Positions 38,033-51,128 of a stretch of DNA of 64,000 bases are shown here, piece after piece. Position 1 is the stretch's first letter; each line of letters begins with the position of its first letter. The translations under genes and the position numbers were made by a program. The DNA is from Mytilus edulis (Eukaryota). Location: the NCBI RefSeq assembly GCF_963676685.1, contig NC_092344.1, positions 67,270,001 through 67,334,000 of the forward strand, written 5' to 3'. The notes below the pieces were generated by a model. The model did no database searches, was not told the origin of the DNA, and worked only from the letters and a program-made list of their open reading frames with translations.

Positions 38033-41000
38033 AAACTTTATTTAGTAAAAGAAAGTGGTATTTGACAGATATTTTCTATGCATTTATATATTTTCTACTA
38101 TATATGATGATACAAAAAATATTCATATTAGTATCCTCATTTATCAAAATAAAAATAAATAAATACAAATTGGCGTTTGGTAATTTTCATTGATACTTTA
38201 AAAAGTCATGATCGAAATTTAAAAAACACGATATAATTTTTTTCTAAAGTTTTTATTTTATTTAAAAATGATTATTAATATGCTGTACATTATAGCTTCT
38301 TATCGAATTAATTTATGGCTTATGAAGTGATGAATGAAAATTACATGATCAAGGCAAAGTCCATTAATGTAGAAGTTTTTTAGCGCACAAGTTACTGAAG
38401 CTATTCTTACAATTATTTCGATTATTATTAGGTTTTATTTTTAAATCCAAAAATTCAATTGATTTCTTGTACGTTTGCTGCTTGGCTGATGTGTTTCTTA
38501 AATGATGAAAACACTTAAAATATAAAAAAAAATAAAAAGATATGGTAGGATTGCCAATGAGACTTTCAACTAGAGACCAAATTATCTAAAAGCTAGCAAC
38601 TATTGGACTTCGTATGTACTTTTGAGAAAGATATTTAGTGATCTTTTTATGAACGCTTCAATTTTTCTCTTTTTCATTTGTGGAAAGATAACACACTGTT
38701 TGATAATTTTTAGAACGCACGAAATTTAAAACCTATTACATTTATATAGATATATTTACTATGGACATCTTTGGTGTTAGACAATTTTTAGCATCTTGTT
38801 AGAGACAAGTTGAAAGCACTTCGAATCCAGCAAATTAAAACTGGTACGCTTCATATTGATTTTTAGGCATGGTACTTTTTGTCGTCATGGAATGAGTGAC
38901 TACTGTTTGGTCTATTCGTTAGCTTTTAGTTCGTTCATTCTTTTACCAGATGTTTGTGCATATTAAGCCCAAATGGGTTTTTTCTATCCGTATACTACAT
39001 ATCTAGCTCTGATGCCATTCGGATGTGTATTTTATTGCATGCAAGATTTCAAAGTTTATGATGTTATTCGTGTTGTGCATGTTGCTTCAATAAATACGGG
39101 AATTGAGGTATTTTTTTTCTTCTAATTTATAAATTTTATTAATTTTTGTAAACTATGTGTTCTAATGAAATGAATGACTCGGGTATTTTTTTCCCTAAAC
39201 ATTGTCCTATTCTAGGAAATATTATGTAGAATTGATTTTAAAATCTTGTTTGCGTGTGTTCCTATAAATTTAGTCTTGCTTTGAAAATGAGACATTTTGG
39301 TTATTGTGGAAACCTCGATTTAGTTTATTTTGTTTTCTGTTGAGAAGTACATTTGGTTTCTACGGTAACCCGTAGTTGGTAAAAACGTTTTCCTTGTGCT
39401 TTGCTTTACAGTTCTCATTTAGCGATATACCACCATTCTTAAAATATTTTCGGTTTTCTATTTGTGATACAACTTTATTTTTTTTCTTAATAGTGTACAT
39501 GTTTTTCATTTACAACATTTTAGTAAGAAAATAAATACTTCCTTTCAAATTTTATATCGTGCAGTTGAAAGTTTCTATTTTTACCATATCCATAATAGAA
39601 TATAATTTTAATATAAGATGATCCTGTGTAAGAGCTAAAATGCAACATGAAAATCGTATCCGCATCATTGTCAGAAAAGTGTATAGTAAGACGTAATAGA
39701 TTCCCACTAAAAACACTTTCAGCTTTTATACTACAAACAATCTTTGGTCGTGCGTCCGAATATATCCGAAACCGATGTTGAATAGATCGCTTGATATTAG
39801 GTTTATATTTGTGAAAACAATAACGATTCTTCAATCACTTGTTGAAGCTTATTCAATTGGTTTTTTATTCATGTTTCAAGTGTATTATTTTGGAATATAG
39901 AAAAACTTCAAAACACGTGGATCGTCTTGAATATGCATGCAATATTTGCCACTGGACGTCAATTAACCAAAAATCATTCAATCAAAAAATTTGGTAAGAA
40001 ATCACGTTCGGATTGCGAGATAAATGACAAGACACATTAGATATTGAAATTTATATTTTACCTTCATGGGTACATAGTCTGGAAAGGCATAAAGGGTTAA
40101 ATTGAAAGACCCAATAGTTGTCTGTTTCGACCAAATCGGGATGCGACATTGGTCCTTCTTATATTACTTCTTTTGAATATATTTCAATTCAATTGTTCAC
40201 GAACAGACTTTTTACATATATTCGATATTCAAAACTAAAGATTCAATATATGACGTTTGTTTAATATTCGATAATAGAAATTCCCAATCCAATATCTGTC
40301 AATGCTATTTCCGAGATGTGTCTAAATTTAAGATTTCTAATTCAATATCTGAAATACCCAATCGAAGGTATTCAAAAGTATGATTTCCAATCAAATATCA
40401 TGACAAGTTATTTAAACTTTCCTATCTTTCTTTTATTTCGCTATTCTGAAATTATTCTAAAAAGTACATGATTGATTATAATCTCAATATTTTGTTTGAA
40501 TTTTTTGAAAAAGTAAGATAATGGTTTTAAATATAAGGCTATGCATTTACCCGTCTAGATATCGTTAGGGGGTCGTTTGATTGCTGTCTCATTTTTATTT
40601 ATGCACCGAATTCTCTTTTAATTGATGAATAAGTCTTTAACCGAATTTATTATGGAAATGATCACTTAAGATATTTTTAATATCTGTATAAATAGAATTT
40701 GATGTGAAAATAATAAAGTTATGAATGAATCATAAAACATACACAAAAATCATAACCATATACGTTTGATTATTATGTTTTCATCTTCATTATAATTTAT
40801 TTTTATTTTTAAAATTTGATAAGAGAAAAAATGTATAATGAAAACTAATACATAACGCTATTTCAAGTCGTTAGTACCATTTTCTAGACATAAAGTAAAG
40901 GTACTAGTGTTCCAAAGGTCTACTTATTAAACGTGGTATTTCCTTTTTTGAAATGTAATCTAAAATTTGATATATTCATTTTCCACACAATTTCATTTAC

Positions 41001-42559
41001 ATCCATTTTCAAAGTCGTGATTTATTTTTGAATGCATGAAATTATTAATGAAGTGCATTAATTCTTTATGGATGTTGCTGTTTTCATTATGAATAATTAC
41101 TAATGTGTTCCAATATAAACCACATAATTGAGCTCATACATCAAAGTGAGAAAATACAACAACCCCACCCTGAATCACATAACTTATACATAATAATATT
41201 CAAAATTGTATTTATTATTTCAAATCAGAAAAAATATATATTAAAAAATCAAAAATTTGATCGTTTCATACTTTATTCCGTTGATGTTTACTCAAAGGTA
41301 TAGTTGCGCTTTCCTAATTAGATTTTCTTTTATTTATTGTATTACTGATGTTGATATATAGGGGGGGGGGGGAGATGCAAACAAGTTTTGTGCAAAGTAT
41401 TGCTTCATTTTGAAATTGACAGCATTGGTTGCTAGTTCAGTTAATGTTCCTGCTCCGCAATGAGATAGATCTAGTCAAAAGTGAATCTACTTCCATGGAT
41501 ATTAAAACTTCTTTTGTCGTATGTTATCACTTGCGTTTATAATTAAATGTTGTACACCCGCTCTGTCTTCTATTTTTGAATCCATCGTCAAGTTAAGATT
41601 TGTTAAAAACTAAATACTGTAAAATCAGAAATGTCTTTTCATATTTTTCCATCCTCTAAAATCATAAATTACATTCTTACTATGCGGTATGGTTTTGCTC
41701 TTTGTTGAAGGCCGTACGGTGACTATAGTTGTTTACTTCTATGTGAGTTTGTCTCTGGTGGAAAGTTGTCTCATTGGCAATCATACTACATCTTCTTATT
41801 TTCATATCTGGAGTTTATCAAAACCCTTGGTGAAATAAAAGCAAATAACAGCAACTAAAAGAACAATGATTACTGTTTTATCTTATAAAACGGCAAATTT
41901 TTTTCTTCAAATTTTTGCAGTTTTTTGGTGTGTGATTTGTTGCTGTATTTGTGAGGTTTTTTTTTAAATTTTTATCAAATATGTATCTACTAATTTTGTT
42001 TTAGTTTAGCGTAATGGCGTATTAATTGAATGGATTTAAAATCTTATGTAATTTTGGTGAGAAATAAAATATGTTTGAAATCAATAAAATGAAAATTAAA
42101 AATTTCACCTTTTTGTCTGATATCAACGATTTTGAGTAGAAAACCCTGTGAACAGAAGATTTATTCGATAATTTCTTCGCTCGGTACCTTGATTCCAGTT
42201 TATTCACATATGGAAAACGCATTGCCTTGCATAGTAATTTTTGTTGACTAGTATATTTAACAAGATAGACCATATGGTTAACCTTCCTATGATGTGCAAT
42301 TATTTGCCACTAAAATGCTTTTTTTTTTCAATGTACAAGCATCAAAGTAAAAAAAAACTATTGAATAAAAAAAATTACTTAAATTGTCAAATCTCTACGC
42401 TATGTCATTACCAATCGAACAGTATGTTAAACATGTTAAAGGCCATTCGAAAAATAATTTCCTATGATTTTCGAAAATGAAAATTGTATTAATCACATAA
42501 TCAAAGTTTTTACATCTTTATTTGTTTCTTTGTAGGAGTTTCTATACAGCCATCACACA

Positions 42560-42572
42560 ATGCCTCACACTG
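42560..42572 (+). CDS. Poxn: Pox neuro paired-box gene, first coding micro-exon (MPHT-G)
   Basis: ATG CCT CAC ACT G|gtaagc. MPHTG is the N-terminus I recall for Drosophila Poxn, and the phase 1 donor matches the next exon. The exon begins at acceptor tttgtag (42536). Confidence 0.85.
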
Positions 42573-45136
42573 GTAAGCAATAATTTTACCCTTTTTATAT
42601 AATTTTTTTATCATTAATTTGTTTAGTTTCTCTCTCACTTTACTTAAAAATCACTTTATGTCTCTTTGATCAATAACCGTGTTTATTTTGATTTCTTCAA
42701 ATTAGTTATGATAAGAAATTAGACCCTTTGACAAACAGTTTAATTTGAAGAAATCAGAGAGAGTGATTTGGTATGAAATAGTAACATTTTTTTTAAATTC
42801 ACTGACACCGGTGAAGAAATTGATGCTATTACTGAAACCGCTTAATCACTGTGAAATAAGCTGTTGAAATTTAAAATTGAAAAAAAGTGAACACTTTGCG
42901 TCACAGTAATCGCTTTCTTTTGACAAAAGTTTTTCTCTTATCATGAAAGTGTATTTTATTCAGAAATGGAAAATAATTGCGGAAAGATAGATTAATTTGT
43001 AATAATAAGCCATTAAAGAACTTTATAGATGTAAAAATGTCTTTCTTAAAATGTATCAAATCTTTACTTTGGGCTTAATGGTCGATTTTTTTTTATCTTA
43101 TTTTTATTTTTCTACATTGATTAAGACATTACCATAGTATTTTATAAATGGATCAAAGTACACGCATTCATTTCGTTCGAATTTATTTAATACAGTTGTC
43201 AAAAAGTTGGGTTTCATGACTGTCTTTTTAAAAGAGGGCAGCAATACCAGGGGATGTTAAAACAAAAAGTCAAAAAGATTAAGACTTAAAGTCAAGTTCA
43301 AGTCCGTCCTCAAACTCCTCAACAGAAAACTTACGTTTTAGCAACATTTAAAGCTGATATGAACTCTGCTCGTTACATAGTGTTTTTACGGTTTCAACTC
43401 AGAGTGGTGCGTTTATTCTTTTGTATAAACCACGTTTATTTTAGTGTATAAAGCACACACAACAATCCACAGCATTTTTTTTTTATTAGTATATCAACAA
43501 TCATATTTTAAAATGAATCAAGTTTGTTGCTTGCTGAAGTTCAACGACACTTTCTTATTGGTCCTCGAGTTTTGATTTGAGAACGGTTTTAGATTTAATA
43601 TATACAACGAATACTAAATGAAATAAAAATTATTGTTGCTGATATTGTGGATGAAAAATGTAAGGCGATAGTTTTAAGAATGACAAAGTATGATGATACT
43701 AAATAGAAATTTAGAAAATTACCGACACCCGGATTAATGGTATTACACAGTCGCAACGTCTACGGAGATGACGTCTTGACCAATCAGTGACTTCTAATAC
43801 AATACCGATCCAATTGTAGCTCATGTTCCGATTAATCCATTACTTTTAATAAATAAAACGCCATAATGGCCTAAAGAAATATGAAGCCTTGTGTCCTTTT
43901 GTATGATCCAGTCTTTCATAACAAATTAGTATATACAATTTGTTAAAATGTTAAATGCTTTAAAATAAATGATATTAATAAATACATATCCGCGTTGATA
44001 GTTTAAAAATTACGATTCTGGAAGGCTTATTTCTTTCAACTTATGTAAGGAAAGGTATGATAAAAGTCATAAAGAAGACTTCAACTCCCAACAAAATTGA
44101 CTCCCATCAAAATTGAAAATAAAATAGATATTTATTTTTAACTTTTATTGACACTTTTTAACAGAATCATCGTTCTATTCACATCCCGCTGAAACAGTTA
44201 AATATAACAATTAAAACCTGTCAAATGATGACCTCATTGATTATATTTTTATAAATGTTTCATTTACATTGTGTTAAGTGTGAAGTTTAACAATTAATGC
44301 ATTTCAATATGTTGAAAATTTGCATTTTGAAGTCGTTATTTGCAAACTTATCCTTAAATCTTAGTCACGCGTCACTCATATCGAGCGATCTGTCTGGATT
44401 ATTTTGAAATCCTAATTTTACAAGGAATTTTTGAACTATCCTCAAATAAGGTAGTTAGATTTTTAAAACATTTAAAAGAAGGCAAATTGTTGTTTGTTTA
44501 ACGTCTAGTAACCAAGGGGTTTGGTGGCTGAGTGGTCTAAGTAGTTCATCTACAGCGATTACTATTCTCTTAAAATTGAGGTTGTTTATTGAGAGGTCAA
44601 AATTTTACAATTTTGTTATAGAAGCCTCAAGGTCGGTGATATATGTGTATCTAAGTGAATTGGCGCAAATGGTTTTCGTAAATTGGCGCAATTCATATAT
44701 TTGAAGTAAATGATACATCTTTAAATTAATTTTTCTTTTAAAGCTCAAAAGGACTGCCATAGAACCCCGCTATGGCTTTCGAATTTGACCCGTCTCCGAA
44801 GTGAAGAATTTTGCCAGTTTTTTGGCTGTCCAGAGGTTATTAAACCAATACAAACTTGCCACTATGATCAATCACGCGTAAAATAGCAATAATAAATGAA
44901 TCTAATGGTCAATATTCTACGTATATTCATTACGGTTTATAAAATGATTATTGTAGTTTTTCGATTTTAAAATCATAACATTGATTTTTCTAATCAAGTG
45001 TAGATTTTTTGACTGGTTCTAATATGAATTCCGATTACTATTTGACTGTAGAAAGAAAAAAAGGAGGACAAAATCAACCTGTCTTCGATAACTTGTCTAG
45101 GAAACATAATCAATCTTTTTTTGTTTATCACACTAG

Positions 45137-45357
45137 GCCAAACAGGTGTTAATCAGCTTGGCGGCGTATTCGTCAATGGAAGACCTCTGCCAGATCACGT
45201 AAGACGACGGATTGTGGAACTTGCTCATATGGGTGTACGACCTTGTGACATCTCTCGGCAGCTCCTCGTCTCTCATGGGTGTGTCAGTAAAATACTCACA
45301 AGGTACTACGAAACCGGTTCTATCAAACCTGGTTCTATCGGAGGCAGTAAACCAAAG
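45137..45357 (+). CDS. Poxn: Pox neuro paired domain, N-terminal (PAI) exon
   Basis: Acceptor cactag, donor gtataa. [74 protein letters not shown]; QLLVSHG and KILTR are Poxn-class residues. Confidence 0.95.
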
Positions 45358-46381
45358 GTATAACCATTAATCTGTCTTTGTGATTTTACATGCAGACCAA
45401 AACATACCACGAACGTGCAGTTATATCGCCTTAAAGATTATTTGTATTTATACATAATACAATTTAGAATAAACAAATGTTTAAGCTTAGAGCAAGTCTT
45501 GAAATAGTTTCGGATTCCAAATAAGGAAATGTTTACTCTTTCAGTCCTCTATAATTTTCACATAGCACTCTTTAACTTTAAAAATATAATTGAAAATACA
45601 TCTTATTTTTTTCTCTGATGGGTAATATCTTAACTTACTAACTGTTATGTATAATCAAGAAGTTTGTTCAATAAAGCGACTTCTTGAGGCAAAACTATGC
45701 AAGTTTCAACAGATGCTTAAATTAGACGAATGATTTATTTGTGATTAGGAAGTAATAGAAAAAAATAATAATTTACATGGTTTATATTATATTATGTTAT
45801 TTCTAAACATTGTTTCACTACATTTCTAATTTTGATAGCTGTTTGTACGTTTAATAGTATATCAATATTCAGCAACGGCAAACAAGGCAAGCAATGCTCA
45901 ATATATATCAAATTTGATACTGGAGTGGAAGGATAGATGGTTTTGTTTCGCCTTTTTCAATTACTGTAAACGTGCCATTGTCATAAATAAAGTGAAGGAA
46001 TGGTTTCGCACAAAACGTACTTTTCAAAATTGTCCTTTCCGATATTTATATACAAAACGTTTGACATTAATTGTTTAGATTTATTTATATGGAGAATTTA
46101 AAACAACGACAGAAGCATACATATCGATGCAATTATTTAAACATAAATGCACTTTACGTTCCATGAAACGTGGCACTACTCTCCACATATATTAAGGGAA
46201 AAGGCGGGGACAACGTTAACAGAAATTACTGCAAACCAGAAATAACATGTCAATCGTTAAACAAATATGTACTCTATATGCATCTATCAATTTTGTATCA
46301 TGTATTAGCCTTTACTTTTTAAAGTACAACTAAGTCCATTTATAACAGGTAACATTTTCAACTATGGATTTTGTCTTACAG

Positions 46382-46754
46382 CAAGTGGCAACCCCATTCG
46401 TCATCAAGAAAATTCTCGAATTAAAGAGACAGAACCCGTCAAGCTTTGCCTGGGAAATCAGAGACCAACTTTTAACTCAAAATATATGCGACGAACAAAC
46501 AATACCAAGTGTCAGTTCTATAAATAGAATCTTACGAAATGCTGGAAACTTATCCGGAATGTTTCCATACCAAGATTCATACCCTGTCATGCCTGTTGCA
46601 TATCCTATGATGACGTCACCACCTATTGCAGGAAGTGGAACGTATCCATTCACAATACCGGGTTTATCGTATCCAAAAATTGTCGAGCAGATTGATTCTA
46701 AAGATTCGTCAGACGACAGCAATATCCAAACCGAGGGTGCTGAACAAATTAAAG
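46382..46754 (+). CDS. Poxn: Pox neuro paired domain, C-terminal (RED) exon plus Pro/Tyr-rich region
   Basis: Acceptor ttacag, donor G|gtatat (phase 1). [31 protein letters not shown]...[11 protein letters not shown]; the extra Q in KQVATP is typical of Poxn. Confidence 0.93.
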
Positions 46755-47876
46755 GTATATATTTGCATATTTGATATATGAAGGTTTTTTATAAGGTTTT
46801 AGACCGAAACAAGTCTTGATTATCACAATTTGACTTTGAATTGATACAAATATAGACAAAGGTTCAGTGGAGATTTAGACCAAAAAAAAGGACTGTCTTT
46901 TTTCGACACCATTTGTCATTCAAAAATTGCCATTGCTCTTTTATTTTTTGTCTTATCGTATACAGCAGTAATCAGTAATCAAGTTAAACGAAAATATACA
47001 AAAGTATTTTTCCTTAACCCTGCTATATAATACAGATTATATTCACGCAATGATTTGTCAACCTGCTACTAGTTATTGCTTGATACATGTATCAAATATT
47101 TAATTAGATCTCAAGTTGGCATTAGTTTATTTATATCTTCAATAGGAATGTTAAATTTTCATTTATTAGAATGATATGCATTTCGGAAGTATAAGTCTGT
47201 CGTTTCCTCTAGTATTTTAATTGAGGTCATTGGAGGTCACAGTTCCTCTTCGAATCAATGTGATAATTGTCCAAATTTATACTTCAGGGTAGGAAAATAT
47301 ATAACTGTGAGTTCCTTTTATTGAATAAAAAGCAATGTCATTATGCCAATGTGATAAAGATATGATTGGGTTTTAATTTGACGTTGAAAGGAAGACAAAA
47401 AACATGCTATGTTTAATTTTCAATATTTATGGAGCGAGAAAGAGCGATGCCATTTACAAGTCTATAAATCTCAGTTCGAGTTTAAAAAACGTTTAGATGG
47501 CAATTGTCACAACCAGATGTAAACATTCAAATAAATAATATGGAGGTCTAGCAAACTATCTACTTAACATATAATGAAAACCATATACAATGTCAAATAA
47601 AATATATTTATAATGTTTTGAAAAGCTAAGGTTATTTTAATAGCATTAAATTGATAGCTATAGTGTTATCTGATCTCAAAAATGCAAAACCAAAAAATCA
47701 GGGTAAATAGAGGATCTTCAGGGGTAAATATTTAGACATTCGAAGCGTTTTATTCGAAAGCCGCATCAGATTTATAAAAAGTATTGATGGATATAAAGTT
47801 GGGACGTTTTTTTTTTAAATGGACATCTTTTGTTATCGGGAAGAAAAGGTCATTGTTTTTTATGGTGAACAAGTGT

Positions 47877-49755
47877 CACTGTGCTTAAACGGCTGTGGGT
47901 AACTTAAGTTACCCACAGCCCAAGATGGCGGATTCTAAAATCGTTGATATTTAATTCATACAAAATGTACCTTTTGCGACGTTTTTCATGCAGAATGTAA
48001 ATATTTATTGGATTATTGAATAAAGAAATGACTAACAATTACCATAAATTTGTTAATATAGAGTTCACTAAAGCGCAAGGTCAACTTTAAAAAATACATA
48101 AGATGTCCGTAACTTTTTGATCGAAACTAAGCAGACTGTCCGTAACTTTATTTTTAGATGTGGGTAACTTTTGATTTAAAATTTAAAAAATTATAATTTC
48201 AACAATTAGAAGACAATTAACATCATATTTGTAACCTTCGCGGTCGTTTATACTACTCATTCACCACCAAATGTGATTTTATTAACGCATCATACTTACA
48301 CCACAGACGTTTTATGTGGGGTTTGTGGTTCTCCATCCTGGTTATGGTTTGAACTTTTATTTACTGATGTGCGTCTTATCGACGTTTTTCGCTTGTCAGA
48401 CCAAGGCTTTTCCATACTCTTTAATGTTTTGAGTTTAATTATATGTTTGCAGTTTACCTTCACCTCTGTTTCTTTCTATGTGTATTTTGATGAATACTCT
48501 TTGACGCGGCTCGGTATTTATACATCCCACCAGTTAGTTATAGTGTTATGATTTTTTGAATATGTTTCCTAGTATGTTTTTTTCTCTCTCTTTGTATGTT
48601 ATCAGGGGTTGTTAGACTATTAAATTACCCTGTTGTCCTACGTAGTTATTTGTATTTTTATATACTATGTCGAATTGTTACACTATGTTGACAGCTCTTT
48701 TCCTTTTATTGTCACTGACTTTTACCTATTGTGTCTTTTTAGTTTTATTCAGTTTAATGAGATTTGATGCAACTTGCATACAAATGAAATATGCAGCTAG
48801 CTGTAAAACTAGGTTTATTCATTTATACAAAATGTCCTTTTTTTAAGTTTTCCCATTTACTGTAAATCTTGGCAAGGGTGCCGCAATATCACCGTGCGCA
48901 ACGTCCCAGTGTGTCCAGATTGACACCCCTTTTATTTTACTGTCAATGCTGCTGATGGGATTTGTTTTTGTGGGGATGAGAGAAAAGTGTTTTTGGCTTT
49001 TTCAAAAAGACGGAAAAAGTTTGTGCACTTAAGTCTCGTATAGTCTATCCACTGCATGCCTGGGCAATTTGGGTTCCTCTCCAAAATCCCGGATTCACGC
49101 TACCCTTGTCGTTGCTGACAGAAAATCAGTAAGTTTATACATGCTACATGTATGTGTAAAAAATACTTGTGTAGTCTACTTGTTCAAAAATAAAAACGAA
49201 CAATGATGTTTCAACAGTTTATCTGCTATGATCGGGAAACAACCCTCCGAACTAGGCGATTCGGGTACCCCGACGCTATACAAAATGAGACCCGAGTTTT
49301 GCGGATTTATCGTGATTTTTTTCATATTTTTCCCAATTTTGTCTTCCATCGATACAATGAATTATATCATACTAGACATCTACTTCGTTTTGTGAATATG
49401 TATTCGATGCAATCTCTATCATCAGTTTAAACATTACATCCGCGTATGTCGATTTTTGAAAGTTACGGACATCTCTATTGGTATGATGAAAAAAGTTACG
49501 GACAAGTTGTTTTGAAGTTACGGACAGCCTAAGTGTTTTTTAAAATCGTGCTGTGATCGTTTATTTTGTAGAATTTAATCACCTTTCCAGTTTAGGGGTT
49601 TCCCTAAACGATTAATACAACTTTTAAATTCAGTTGTTTAATTGATGCATTCGTGGTATTGTTATTCTATAGAAGAAAAGTATCTAACCGACGCAAGGCG
49701 GCTCCATCTTGGGCTGTGGGTAACTTAAGTTACCCACAGCCGTTTAAGCACAGTG
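47877..49755. mobile_element. Non-autonomous DNA transposon with perfect 52-bp TIRs beginning CACTGTG (Transib/Chapaev/CMC-like termini)
   Basis: TIR CACTGTGCTTAAACGGCTGTGGGTAACTTAAGTTACCCACAGCCCAAGATGG at 47877-47928 and its exact reverse complement at 49704-49755. AAGTGT on both flanks. Internal TGTCCGTAACTT motifs point in opposite directions near each end. Confidence 0.9.
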
Positions 49756-49865
49756 AAGTGTTTTAAACTTTCAAGTCAAGAAAATTGAAATTTGCAAAAC
49801 TCCTATTTCCTTTGCGGAAAGTACCCGGTCTCGCTCTTTTTTCAGTTCATGTTGTTTTCTCCGGG

Positions 49866-51128
49866 TTTTTAACCGGATTTTTGTGACAAAAATGTCGGTT
49901 ATTGATTTGGGGATGTACGGCGGGCGGTCGGGCAGTCGGGCGGGCGGGCGGCAATCAAATGTTGTCCGTGCATTAACTCATGAACCGTTCAACCAAAGCT
50001 TTTGAAATTTTAATATGTTGTTACTGACAACTAAATGAAGGTCAAGTTCAATAATGGCGATTTTGACTTTTACTGTTCAGGAGTTATGGTTCTTGAAAGA
50101 TTGAAAAATGGAGTTTCCAGTTTAGTCCGTGCATTTACGCATGAACTGTTTTACCAAAACTTCCCAAATTTTAATATGTTGTTACTGATGACAAAATGGA
50201 GGTCAAGTTCAATAATGACGATTTTGACTTTTACCGTTCAGGAGTTATGGTTCTTGAAAGATTGAAAAATGGAGTTTCCAGTCGTGTCCGTGCATTTACA
50301 CATGAACTGTTCTACCAAAGCTTCCCAAATATTAATAAGTTGTTACTGATGACAAAATGGAGGTCAAGTTCAATAATGACGAATTAGACTTTTACCGTTC
50401 AGGAGTTATGGTTCTTGAAAGATTGAAAAATGGTGTTTCCAGTCGTGTCCGTGCATTTACGCATGAACTGCTCTACCAAAGCTTCCCAAATTTTAATATG
50501 TTGTTACTGATGACAAAATGGAGGTCAAGTTCAATAATGACGACTTTGACTTTTACCGTTCAGGAGTTATGGTTCTTGAAAGATTGAAAAATGGAGTTTC
50601 CAGTCGTGTCCGTGCATTTACTCATGAACTGTTCTACTAAAGCTTCCCAAATATTAATAAGTTGTTACTGATGACAAAATGGAGGTCAAGTTCAATAATG
50701 ACGACTTTGACTTTTACCGTTCAGGAGTTATGGTTCTTGAAAGATTGAAAAATGGAGTTTCCAGTCGTGTCCGTGCATTTTCTCATGAACCATTCAACCA
50801 AAGCTTTTGAAATTTTTATATGTTGTTACTGATGACAAAATAGAGGTCAAGTTCAATAATGACGATTTTGACTTTTACCGTTCAGGAGTTATGGTTCTTT
50901 AAAGATCGTAAAATGGCGTTTCCATTCACGTTGTTGTATTTACTCATGAACCATTCAATCTAAGCTTTTCAAATGTTAATATGTTGATACTGATTACAAA
51001 ATGGAGGTCAAATTTGATATTAACGATTTTCACGTTCACCATTCATCAGTAATGGTTCTTGTGATATTGCCAGGACACAAATAAATGTTAATAAATCCGG
51101 TTTGCTGTCGTTGTGACAGCCTCTTGTT
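49866..51128 (+). mobile_element. Complete HINE-like element carrying a 161-bp tandem array
   Basis: Sub-TIRs AACCGGATTT (49871) and AAATCCGGTT (51093), a (GGGC)n microsatellite, and about 6.5 units of 161 bp. 3' stem-loop gctgtc-gttgt-gacagc and ctcttgtt end; inserted in a T run. Confidence 0.88.
49960..51060. repeat. 161-bp satellite-like tandem array
   Basis: Period 161 (unit-derived ORF starts at 50035, 50196 and 50357). Confidence 0.95.

Noticed and set aside
41361-41373. Poly-G run as a G-quadruplex
   Set aside because: An isolated 13-nt homopolymer with no other support.
44515-44560. tRNA gene candidate (ggtggctgagtggtctaag)
   Set aside because: Only an A-box-like 5' part is present, with no cloverleaf or intact T arm. 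It is a decayed SINE head.
45121-46774. Assignment to Pax2/5/8, Pax6 or a Tc1-type transposase
   Set aside because: The MPHTG start, QLLVSHG, KILTR and KQVATP residues and the exon structure fit Poxn. There is no homeodomain or DDE domain.
47877-49755. Calling this a ProtoRAG/RAG transposon
   Set aside because: No RAG1- or RAG2-like ORF, no nonamer, symmetric TIRs and no clean 5-bp TSD. Only the heptamer-like end is similar.
50035-50587. Three near-identical ORFs (MEVKFNN...)
   Set aside because: They are translations of the 161-bp tandem unit inside a HINE.
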